DNA of 64,000 nt from the human T2T-CHM13v2.0 reference genome, Homo sapiens, in the NCBI RefSeq assembly GCF_009914755.1, contig NC_060931.1; one strand, 5' to 3'. The translations under genes were made by a program, and so were the position numbers. This document shows, piece by piece, positions 28,006-39,644 of the stretch (its first letter is position 1; every line of letters starts with the position of its first letter). The notes beneath the pieces are model-generated. The model had not been told where the DNA came from and ran no database searches. It saw only the letters and a program-made list of their open reading frames with translations.

Positions 28006-30469
28006 GATGAAAAAAATTTATGAGTTGAGCTATAAGTAGATTCCAAGCTATAGGACGCTATTTGTGTAAGAATTGAGCATCAGCAAGATGCAGGATGAGA
28101 TATTAGACAGACTCAAATCCATGAAGCCCAAATCTTTACAGGGACACAGGGAAATGGGAACACAAAGGCAGGAAGACTGCATTGGTGAGCCAGGCAAGCC
28201 TGCTTCAGTGGGGAACCCCATGTTCTGGCATCCATGCTGGCTGAACTCCCTGGTCACAATGCGAGATTAGGCTGAGTGAAAAGCTATAGGCCTTTCTGGG
28301 ACCACAGAATGCAGAGCTGATAATGACATGATCAACAAAATATTTCTTAAAATCTCTCTCTCTCTTCTAAAATTAATTATAACCTTCCACCTAAAACAAT
28401 TAAATAATACCATTTCCTATTTTGTATTAGTTTTATAATTAAATTCTTATGATAGTGTTTTTTAAAATTAATGCCTCCTGACTGATTCATTTTTCTGGGT
28501 ATAATCCTAATAGGCTTCACATTTACTTTCAGAATGGCTGCTCTCATTTTCAGAAAAGTATAATAAATACTATACCCACAGATATGGAAAACATGACAAT
28601 TCTGAGAACATATTTCGATAATCTTCTCTATGACCTATTGTAATTCTTCTGTAAAGCAAACACTATCTTGGATTAAGAGTATTTTATAGGCAAAGGCAGG
28701 GCAAGATGGCAGAATAGAAAGCTTCACTAATGACTCCTCCCCCCACTGGCAAGAACACAAATATAACAACTATCTACACAAGGAAAGCACCTTCATAAGA
28801 ACCAAAAATGAGGTGGGCACTCGCAGTACCTGATTTTAACTTCGTATCTCTGATAGAGGCACTAAAGAGGTATAAAAAAGTCTTGAATTGCTGATGCCAC
28901 CGCTCCTCTACCCCTGGGCAACAGCTGCAGTGGTGTGGAGTGCATTTCTCAGCAGTCGGGGGAGGGAGGGCACAGAAACTGTGAGACATTAAACTCAGTG
29001 CTGTCTTGTTAGAATAGAAAGGAAAGTAGGACAAAACTCCGCTGCTGCCCACCCGTGGAGGGAGCATTTAAACCAGCCCTAGCCAGGGCACAATCCCAGA
29101 TACCAGTGTTCTGAACTTGAGTTCCTGTAAAACTCACCACCAAGGGCTAAAGTGAGGGGGTCTCTAAGTAAACTTGAAAGACGGTTTAGGCCACAAAAAC
29201 TGCAACTCTTAGATGAGTCCTAGTGCTGAACTGGGCCCAACAACAGTGAACTGGAGGGGCACGTGATCTACTGAGACAACAGCTGGGGAGACTAAGGGAG
29301 TGCTGGCAACACCCCTCCACTAACCCTAGGCTCCTTCCTTCCCCTTGAGGAGAGGAGAGGGAAGAGTGTGGAAGACTATCTTGCATCTTGGATACCAGCT
29401 GTCAGCCACAGCAGGGTAGTCCACCGGTCAGAATTGCAAGGCCTGTGCTCTAGGCTCTAGCTCCCAGGTGACATTTCTAGACACTCCCTGGGCCAGAAGA
29501 GAATCCACTGCCTTGAAGGGAAGGAATCAGTCCTGGCAGTACTCATCACCTGCTAATTGAAGAGCCCTTGGTCCCTGAATAACCAGCAGTGATACCCAGG
29601 TACTAACTACATCAAGGGCCTTGGGTGAGACTTACTAGTGAGGTAGAGAAACAGGTGGGCTCTTGAAGTCCCTGATGCCAGCATTTCTGGACCTGCCCTG
29701 TGCCAACGGGTTGCTCACTGCCCTAAAGGTCAAGTCTCAAGCCAGACAGCATTCATAGAAAACTGACTTAAGAGATCTTGGGCCTTAAGGGAAAATTGAC
29801 GGTAGCCTGGCAATACTTCCCATGGACCTGTGATGGTGGCCATGAGATAAGGCCCCTCTGCCTTTGCAAAGGAGAGAAAAGAGTTGGAAGGGCTGCATCT
29901 TGTGGTTTGAGTGCCAGCCCAGCTGCAACACCAGTTACATTTCTAAGGTATTTTACTCTAGTTCCTGAATCCTTATTGGCACTTCTGGACCCACCTGGGG
30001 ACCAGAGGAACTCGCCACCCTGAAGGGAAGGACACAGGCTTGGGTGGCTTTGCCACCTGCTGATTAGAGAGCCCCAGGTCCCTGATTGAACACAGGCAGT
30101 AGACAGGGAATAGCTATAGCAGGCCATGGGTGGGACCTAGAGCTATACTGGCTTCAATTCTGACCCAGTACAGTCCTAATGGTGGTAGCCACAGGGGTGC
30201 TTGTGTTACTTTACCTCCAGTTTCAGGTGGCACAGGACAGAGAGAGAGAGAGACTCCCTTTCTTTGGAAGAAAGTAAGAAAAGAGAACAAGAGTCTTCTC
30301 CTTGTAATCCAGAGAATTCTCCCGGATCTTGTCCAAGATTACAGGGCAGTACCTCTGTGAATCTATAAGAAGCACACATTTCTGGCTTTGAGATGCCCCC
30401 TAAAGAAAATACAGCTTAGATCACAACACTCAAGTCCTTTCAAATATCTAGAAAGCCTTCCAAGACACA

Positions 30470-31092
30470 ACGGGGGTACAGGCTTTGGGTAAATGTTCCC
30501 ATTCCCAGTGGGAGAAATTGGCCAAAACAAAAGGGTTGCAGGCCCCATGCAAGTCCAAAACATGGCAGGGCACTCATTAAATTTTAAAGCTCCAAAATAT
30601 GTCCTTTGACTCCATGTCTCCCACTCAGGGCATGCTGATGCAAGGGGTAGTGGACTAGTCCATTTTCACACTGCTATAAAGAACTACCCAAGACTGGGTA
30701 ATTTATAAAGGAACAAGCACAGGCAACCAAAGCAAATATGGACAAATCATGTTAAGTCTTAAGCAGAGCATAAAGGTTTGGTTGGAACATTTGCCCCCAA
30801 ACAATGTAGTAGAACATAAAAAAGCATTTTCTGGGAAGAAATTCAAGCCGGCTGCATCAGTAACAAGGAGCCGAATGTTAATAGCTAAAGAAATGGGGAA
30901 AATGTCTCCAAGGCATTTCAGAGATCTTCAGGGCAGCTTCTCCCATTACAGCCTGGAGGCCTAGGAAGGTAAAATGGTTCTGTGGGCAGGGCCCAAGCCC
31001 TGCTGCTCTGTGCAGCCTCGAGATATGGTGCCCTGCATTCCAGTTGCTCTAGCTTCAGCTATGGCTAAAAGGGGCCAACATAGAGCTCAGGC
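30470..31092. mobile_element. THE1D/MST-type MaLR fragments in mixed orientation
   Basis: ~30470-30648 is homologous to 11620-11800 (minus internal). 30651-30712 is homologous to LTR end 11061-11122. ~30761-31092 is homologous to 40550-40883 (plus internal). Confidence 0.88.
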
Positions 31093-31125
31093 TTAAAAAG
31101 TTAAGTTAAAAAGCTTGGGCACAGC

Positions 31126-31433
31126 AGCCGGGTGCAGTGGCTCATGCCTGTAATCCCAGCACTTCGGGAGGCTGAGGCGGGTGGATCACGAGGTCAGGAG
31201 ATCGAGACCACCCTGGCTAACATGGTGAAACCCCGTCTCTACTAAAAATACAAAAAATTAGCCGGGCATGGTAGCGGGCATGGTGCCTGTAGTCCCAGCT
31301 ACTCGGGAGGCTGAAGCAGAGAATGGCGTGAACCCAGGAGGCAGGGTTTGCAGTGAGCAGAGATCTCGCCACTGCATTCCAGCCTGGGCAACAGAGTGAG
31401 ACTTTGTCTCAAAAAAAAAAAAAAAAAAAAAAA
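31126..31433 (+). mobile_element. AluY-like SINE
   Basis: Full dimer with CCTGGCTAACATGG and GAATGGCGTGAACC diagnostics and A23 tail. TSD core CTTGGGCACAG at 31114-31124 and 31436-31446. Small internal duplication of CGGGCATGGT. Confidence 0.97.
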
Positions 31434-32869
31434 GACTTGGGCACAGGAAAGAAAACAATCAACAGAGTGAAGAGACAACCCACAGAATGGGAGAAAATAT
31501 TTTTAAACTACCCATCAGACAAATGATTAATAACCAGAATATGTAAGAAGTTCAAACAACCATAGGAAAAAAAAACTAATAATCTGATCAAAAATGGGCA
31601 AAAGATTTGAATAGAGATTTCTCAACAGAAAACATACAAATGGCAAACAGGCATATGAAAGGGTGATCCACATCATTTACCATCAGAGAAATGCAAATCA
31701 AAACTATAGTGACATATCTCACCCAAATTAAAATAGCTTATATCCAAATGATAAATGCTGGCAAAGATGTGCAGAAATGGTAACCCTCCTACACCATTCA
31801 GGGAAATGTAAATTTGTACAACCACTATGAAGAACAGTTGGGAACTTCTTCTGAAAACTAAAAGCTACCATATCATTCAGCAATCCCACTGCTGGGTACA
31901 CACCCAAAGGAAAGGAAATCAGTATACTGAAGAGATAGTTGCATAGCCCAACAGGTGACTATAATCAATAATAATTTAATTGCACATTTTTAGATAACTA
32001 AGAGTATAATTGGATTGTTTATAACACAAAAAAAATAAGTGCTTAAGGGAATGGATACCCCGTTTTCCACGACGTGATAATTATGCACTTCATGCCTATA
32101 TCAAAACATCTCAAGTACTCCATAAATATATATAACTACAATGTAAGAAAAGTTAAAAATAAACAAGAATGTATTATCATAGTTACAAAAGAGATTCTTA
32201 TGGTGCACAAGGGAAGAGATTAAACATAGCCTGAGAGGTAAACTGAACTTGTAAACAAAAGTTATTGAAAACACAATGGCCACAATGGCCAGTTGTCCAT
32301 TTGCCATTTCTGATTGTTTTTGAAAGCATGCCAATTTCACAATCTTTTCTTGTACTTTAAGGCTCAGTCAGTGACAGGCAGAAGATGTTAATATGGATCG
32401 AGACTTGAAATGTCTCAGACCCAAATCCAAACTTCTGGGGAGACATACTTGTTGAGAATTGTGGATCTCTTCATTATGACCACCGTGCTCATGGATGCAT
32501 TGCAAAAGCCATGGAGTAGCTGAGCAGAGAGGCTAGAAAACATCCACAAGACTGGCCGTTCTGTACTTTGGGTCACCGCATGACTTATCTGCTAGGTATT
32601 CCCTGTGGTGGACATTGTCAAGGGACACTCAGAGCCACACCTTTTCCACCATATGGCCATCCATGCTTCTTCTATAGATCTCTTGCCACCAATCTTCTGA
32701 TCTTGCCCTTTCTATACCCCTGGCCAACCAGCCAAACAATTCACTGCTGTACCAATGTGTTTGCATGCTGCAGGTCACCTAACATTCCAGACAGAGTAGA
32801 CACCAAGTGTATTGTCCCCTAGATCTCCCTTTTGAGAAAATTTTATTTTACCACTTCATTTAGGGCCAT

Positions 32870-33700
32870 CCCTTAGTCTCTATCAGTTAACTATAAAGCC
32901 ACAAAAGTGGGTGAACAAGAGGCAGTGACTCCAGTTCTCTCTAGGTGGCGTAGGAGTCTGGTATACCTATTTATTTAATTTACTTATGTCTTTTGAACCA
33001 GCTCAAGCCTAGAGCCTGACACTGTATTTCATTATACAGCAGATTGCTATTGAACCTGTCTAAAGTATGATTCAGAAGTTTCAAAAACACACAGCTCATG
33101 ATGGACAAGACAGTTCAGGGAAAAGTAACTTTTTTTTTCCATCAGAAGCCTAATTTCTACTAGGTGTCAGTGACACACAAGGAGCTGATTTTCAAGCAGA
33201 GCATAACCTTGCACCAGAACTCGAGAAGTATGTGCCGGTCTCACTGGGGCTTGTCAGAGACTCACTTAACATCATTTCCTACAACATCGTTAGCATTTTC
33301 CGATCTTCTGGCCATTAGGCTCAAGTGGCAGAGCAACTTGCTCTATAGCCTAGGTATGCTGCAGAGCATTCTCTTGCACTGGACCCACTTGAGGCTGAAA
33401 GCATCTCTCAGTGAATAGGTTGCCTCAATATTTCCAAATGTTATGCTGCTTCCATAACTTTTTGAAGCCTGATAAACACCACTATCTTTCTTACTGCAAG
33501 CTGCAACAACCTGTTCTTTACCTGAACAGGGGTTACACTGGCAATGCAGGAGAGGACTAGATTCCAAACACCTGACTGATTCTCAGGTGTATCAATCTTT
33601 GAGTCATGTAGAGTACATATCTGCTACTCCTAGTTCACCAATTAGCTGGACTTTATTATAATATGGACTTATGTGATACTTTTTCAAAGAAAAAATACAC
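32870..33700 (-). mobile_element. Ancient ERVL-type pol relic
   Basis: With a frameshift the minus strand reads W-G-P-V-Q-E-N-A-L-Q (~33360-33390) and W-K-Q-H (~33440-33455), resembling recalled ERVL RT/connection motifs WGPEQEKALQ and FWRQHIPHL. Boundaries approximate. Confidence 0.55.
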
Positions 33701-33964
33701 AAAGTCTCTGTAGCTTCTACAATAACAGGAGATCAGGAGTTAACACTGCTCTATAGCAAGATGGTGAAGGTGAATTACTCTCCTTGCCATTCAAGGATGA
33801 ACTACTGTTTATTTCCTCTGATTGGTATCAAGCAGAAAGTAGGTATATGTACAACAAAATTAAAAAAAAAAACTCTAACATACAGCCATGTAGTTTTGTG
33901 AATCAGTAGTTAAATCCTGTTAGACTTATTATTTGTGTTCTATTGTAGGACTTTGCTCCAATGC

Positions 33965-35060
33965 TTTTATCCTTTCAGTTGTCAGACATTTGAGTTCTTT
34001 CTAGTTTGAGGGTATTAAGAATAAAGCCACTGTGAAGTTTCATGTACAATTATTTTTGTGAACATATGTTTTCCCTTTTTTGGGGTAGGGGTGGAATTGC
34101 TTATTCTTATGTAAAGATATGTTTAACTTTGTAAGAAATTTCTAAATTGTTCTTTTAAGTGGATGTATCATTTTATATATTCACCAGTAATATATGAGTT
34201 CTATTTGCTCCACATCCTCATCAAAATTGTTATTGTCAGTGTCAGGCCTCTGAGCCCAAGCTAAGCCATCATATACCCTGTGACATGCACTTACACATCC
34301 AGATGGCCGGTTCCTGCCTTAACTGATGACATTCCACCACAAAAGAAGTGAAAATGGCCTGTTCCTGCCTTAACTGATGACATTGTCTTGTGAAATTCCT
34401 TCTTCTGGCTCATCCTGGCTCAAAAGCTCCCCTACTGAGCACCTTGTGACCCCCACTCTGCCCGCCAGAGAACAACCCCCCTTTGACTGTAATTTTCCTT
34501 TACCTACCCAAATCTTATAAAACGGCTCCACCCCTATCTCCCTTCGCTGACTCTCTTTTCGGACTCAGCCAGCCTGCACCCAGGTGATTAAAAGCTTTAT
34601 TGCTCACACAAAGCCTGTTTGGTGGTCTCTTCACACGGACGCACATGAAAGTCAGCCTTTTAAAATTTTACCACATCTCATGAATATGCACAGGCAGAAC
34701 ATTGTGAGTTAATTCAATCTGACGACCAATGACAGTGAGCATTTTTCTATGTGTTTATTGGCCATTTATATATCTTCCTTTCTAAAGTGTCCCTGTAAAT
34801 TTTTGCCCCTCTATTTGTGAGTACATTATTTGTCTTATTATTATTTAATTATAACTTTATTTATTCTGGATGCAAGTTCTTTGTCAGATGTTATGTGTTA
34901 CAAGTATTTTTTTCCAATCTGTACTTGTACTTCATATTTTCTTTTGTTTTTTAGAAAGCAGATTTTTTTTTTATTTTAGTGAAGTCCAATTTACCAATTT
35001 TCCTTTAGAGTCAATATATTTTGTCTTTTCTAAAAAAAAATCTTTGCCAATCCCAAGCTT
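33965..35060 (-). mobile_element. Old L1M ORF2 3' region interrupted by LTR7
   Basis: Antisense L1 motifs TGCTCCACATCCTCATCAA, GAGCATTTTTCTATGTGTTTATTGGCCATTT and TCTTTGCCAATCCCAAG. Confidence 0.8.
34240..34650 (+). mobile_element. HERV-H solo LTR (LTR7)
   Basis: TGTCAGGCCTCTGAGCCCAAGCTAAGCC ... CACACGGACGCACATGAAA. Duplicated GTTCCTGCCTTAACTGATGACATT block, TATAAAA and ATTAAA present. Perfect TSD GTCAG at 34235-34239 and 34651-34655. Confidence 0.97.
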
Positions 35061-37374
35061 TTAATTGGTTTTTAATCTCATATCATGATCAAAAGAAGAG
35101 ATCTGGAGATCGAAGAACTATTTTTTGAGAGATTTTTAGGAAGTTATTCAAAGTCGTATAATAAGATTCTTTAAAACAAATTCTTTTCACCTGATGCTTT
35201 CACTAGTAATGGTGAACAAAACAGGGCTTTTCTTTATTTCCTATATAGGCTTTTATACTACAATATCTACATACCTAAGAACCTGCAAATAGTCAAAAGT
35301 CAACATATCAAAACAACTATTTTATTAGAAAAGTAATGATGTAGTAAACAAGGTGTGTCACACTTAAAAGAATAAGTTAAATTTTCCATAAGATATTCAA
35401 ATGTAAGTGTTAATTCAAAAATAGATTTTAATATAGTTGTATATCTTAATTTCAACCTGGAGCTACACATTCGTTAATAAAAATTGCTTTCAATAATCTT
35501 TTTTTTCTCTCTGACACTTTTCCTGGTCTTGTAATTTTCTCACATCACAATACATAATAGAGAATATAAACAATAAACAATAAAACACAGTGTTTCATTT
35601 TAGAAGAGAGTTCAAATAGAGGAGTCGACTAGCAAAGAGATCTGAGTATTTCTACATATTTTATAAAAGCTTTTTCTTATTCCTGAGGGTAGAAAGAAGA
35701 GCTTTCTTCACATTACCATAGAACCAGTAATGGTATGCACCCAGTGAGTTGTGGGTGTGATTCAATTCCTTTGAAAAGATTCCTGCTTTAAAAGAAATGC
35801 CTGCATTTGAAAATGCAGGTTACAATGCCACTTATAATGGCTGCAATGTTATTCTGAATGCTTTTCTTCAATTTAATCTTAAAATAGTTTTGTGGAATTA
35901 TTTTTTTCTCTAAAAAACTTTCACATATATGTGATAAAAAAAGCAGCCCCTTCACCCTCTACTTTCTGCTTGAGAATTTCTTCACTTTTTTCCCCCCTAA
36001 AGAAGGTATGGTTAGTTCTATGCCTCAAGACTGTGTCAGATAGAATCTCAACAAATATAGAAGAAAACTGCCTGAGAAATATACCCGTAATTAATATGGT
36101 AACAAGGCTATATGTTTCCGTGAGTCTTCAAAATCTTTTAATTATGAAATTAGTTTAATCACTATTGTATTTTAGAAACATGTTACTATTATAGGTATGT
36201 TGAGAATCAATGGGAAAAAATACAGTTTATATGAATATAATATAAGATGAAATCAATAGTGTCAGATGAACTATATTAAAGTAAATTTAAACCCAAATTT
36301 TACTTCAAAGTTATCTAAACTTGTTTGGCTATTGCTTAAGTAATTAAAGAAAAACTGTGTATACATTGAGCATGAAATATGATGTATTAGCACAAAGTCC
36401 ACCAAATAGAAGATGCCTAACAAACCTTTATTGTTGATCAATTTGTAGCACTATCATAACTTGATGCCTTTCTTTCTGACAATCACAAAGATAATTTTAG
36501 GTAATATCGTATTACAGGATTTAAGGCTGTGAGCATTCTCCTAGTGACAGACTTCTCCAGAAAGTCTACAACTAACTAATGAAATTATGAAGGTTAATGT
36601 TAAGGAAAAAATCCACTTTGCAAGAGCTGGAACACAAATTTCTAATGCAATAAAATGTTGAGTGCCATTTTAAGAAACAATTCTCAGACTACAAATGCAC
36701 TGCTCAAAGTATGCCAAATACCTGCCGCTTAGCTCAAAAACTGAGACTCTTAACATAAAATTTGGGACCTAGTTTTTGATACAATTTTTAATACATAGTA
36801 GGATTCATATTTTACTTATTTACTTGGATCAGTGCAATTAATTATTCAACATTTCTTCATTTATACAATTATGAATGTTTATTAATTTTACTAATAAATA
36901 TTTTATTTTCTGTTTATATCCAAATGTCTGATTGCAATTAGTTTTTAAGCTAAGCTTTCTGATGGTTCCATGATTTTACCTCAAATTAATGAATGTAATG
37001 CTGGTTTTCTGGAGACATCTTTGATCCACACATTTCAGATAAAATACTACTTTGTCCAGCACTGAAAGTATATAAATATTATCTTCAAAAACCCAAATAG
37101 ATTAAATATATTTTCTGACAGAATGCAATGCACAAAGTGTCAAATAATTATTGGTCATATTAATGAGCAAGACATAATCCTATTCAATCTAGAGAAGATA
37201 AAATATTTACTCCAAATGCTAACAACAAAGTTACATAAACTTTTAAGAATGCAACTCCTTGGAATACTTTTTCAGAAAATGCAAGTAGATATACTGGTAA
37301 TGACAACAATAATTAACAATGCAATAATCATTAGTTTTATCCCTACTATATTTGATTCACTGATAGGGAATTTG

Positions 37375-37375
<1 letters not shown>

Positions 37376-37413
<38 letters not shown>
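37376..37413. repeat. (TA)n microsatellite
   Basis: Uninterrupted TA run seen directly. Confidence 0.95.
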
Positions 37414-37420
<7 letters not shown>

Positions 37421-39251
37421 CAATCAATGTGCTATTTATTGTATATAAATCATATAAAATAAATGTACTATTTACTGTATATATAAAGTGTATATATACA
37501 ATACATTTATTATTTATTATGATAACCTTTGTATTATGCTGCTGAAAGGTGAGGGAATCAAGGTGTTAACCGATGCATTAATTTACAAACTATCACATAC
37601 AGTAAGTGAGAAAATTAGCTTTTTCATTCAGACTTCAATCAGTTCTTTGAGATATCTTCAACCCTTTGCCATTTAAAGGTAAAATCTTTTTATATTTAAT
37701 ATGATTCACAATAGATGATGTGAATTCAGAGCATATATGTGATCTACTCTTCAAATATATGAGTGCATTTTATTTACATCTGTTTATCTAAGGATCATTG
37801 CCGTCTGAATTATTAACAAATTCAAAGGAGAAACATTTTAAACCAAAGTCATTTCATATGTCTGTCTTAAAGTTGTCATGTATCAAGTGCATTGAATTTC
37901 ACTTAATATAATTTATTTTGACAGTCTATTTTTAGGATAAGGTCCTTCATTTGCATATCTTGATTAATGTTTTTATTTCCACTTTTATCTTCTATTAATT
38001 ATAATTTTGAAGATAATATATTATTGTTAGTTAATTGTAATAATACAGTGTCTGTTCTGCATTCCTTTTTATTGTCTTCATCCTTTCTTCATTACTCTCA
38101 CATCTGAGCCAATTTCCTAAATTTATCATCATTTGCCTTGAATGTATTTTTTCATTGTTCTTTGTTGTAAGTCTTTTGTTGTATTGTAATTCTGATGTGT
38201 TTGTACTTTAAATGTATACAGTTATGCTCATATCTCATTAATGACACTTTTATTTATACCAGAATATACTGGGACCATTTCCTAATATGTCCTGTTGTAG
38301 AGAATAAACATATTTCAGATAAGACACTTCTTGGATCTTGTTTGCACATTGCTCTTTTCATAGGACCCACGTGCTGCAGTGTATGTCAGAGGGGTCTATG
38401 GCTGGGTAGGTGTGGTTCCAAGTTGGCCCCTAATTTAAATTGACTCATGATTTGTTTTCAAAATTTGCTCTTTTTGTTTTTTTTTTGTTTTTCACAAGAT
38501 GTGTCAGTGGTCAATTTTCTGTCAATGACAACTCATTGTCAAAGATGAACATTGAAACACATATTTCCCTCAAAGATTGTGATTCTCAGACTTTATCAAC
38601 TATATAATAAACACCTCAAATACTAGGAGGTGAAGTAATTAGGGAGATAAATGGTGCCTCTTCAAACTGCAGGTTTCAAGGCTGAGTGAGACCTGAGCTG
38701 AGGGAAGAGACAGAGCTGTAAAACAGATGAGGTTTTGAACATTTGATGTTACGTAGACTGGGGTTTTTGCTCTCTGAAGGTGAGATTGTTCATTAATAAT
38801 TAAACTATGTCTAAAATAGCTAAGGGATCTGTCTATTATATAATCCAGATCAGATAAGTGAAAACCAATGATGCACTTTGAAAGACAGTAGTTTTGAGAA
38901 AAAAAAAAAGTGATTAAATGATCTCCATAGACATCCCCTCTCTCAGTAAGCCATGTCTATCTCTGACTGAGCTCCTGTCGACTTGAAAGCCTGTGGACAA
39001 CGGTGTACAAATGAGCTGCACCTGGCACTTTTCTTCTGGGGATACTGTGCCAGAAAAAGCTACCCAGGCTCTGGGCAACTGAAATTTACTATCGCTGCTG
39101 AATCTAAACCTTTCCACTGTTTCATGCATCTTTATAAGTATTTATGGGTTGAAGTTCCTGGTGTTGACACTTAAAACACATTCCAGCTACATTGCAAGTA
39201 TTCCTCACACAATAGAACCTTATACTAAGGTTTCTTTTTATTTTTCATTTA

Positions 39252-39640
39252 AAAAAACAGAAATGTATTGTCTCACATTTTTGGACACCAGAAATCCAAA
39301 ATCAAAGTGTCAACAGAACTAGGATTCCTCTGAAACACGTAGAGGAGAGTCCCTGTTTGCCTCACCGCAGCTTCCGATGTTTGCCAGCAGTCCTTGCCAT
39401 TCCTTGTCTTACAGCAGCAACACTTTTGTCCCTGCATCTGTCATCACGTGGATTCTCCTGTGTGTGTCTCTGTCTCCGTGTGTCTGCTCTCTATAAGGAC
39501 ACCAGTCATATTGGATTAAGGGCTTATCCTACTCCAGCATGACCTCATTTTACTCATCCTACCTAATTACCGTCTACAATGACCCTATTTCCAAAGAAGA
39601 TCATATTCTGAGCTACTGGTAGTAGTTAGGTCTTGAACAA
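39252..39640 (-). mobile_element. MLT1C-like LTR
   Basis: AACAGAAATGTATTGTCTCACA...ATAAGGACACCAGTCATATTGGATTAAGGGC...ATGACCTCATTTTA...ACCCTATTTCCAAA. Confidence 0.85.
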
Positions 39641-39644
39641 AAAT

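Larger units (their letters stand above)
28690..32165 (+). mobile_element. L1MA1-3-like LINE-1 retaining 5' UTR (~28690-30480) and 3' end, with centre deleted and replaced
   Basis: 5' end GGCAAGATGGCAGAATAGAA. ORF2 3' part at 30713-30757 and 31100-31945. L1MA-type 3' terminus at ~31950-32165. Possible degenerate TSD AAGAGTATTTTATAG / AAGAATGTATTATCATAG. Confidence 0.8.

Noticed and set aside
31258-31458. Alu-derived ORFs (also 45095, 47797 and 60337)
   Set aside because: These are typical antisense-Alu translations.
35800-35819. Small hairpin CCTGCATTT-GA-AAATGCAGG, and similar 7-9-bp stems such as 6360-6376
   Set aside because: Short enough to occur by chance in 64 kb.
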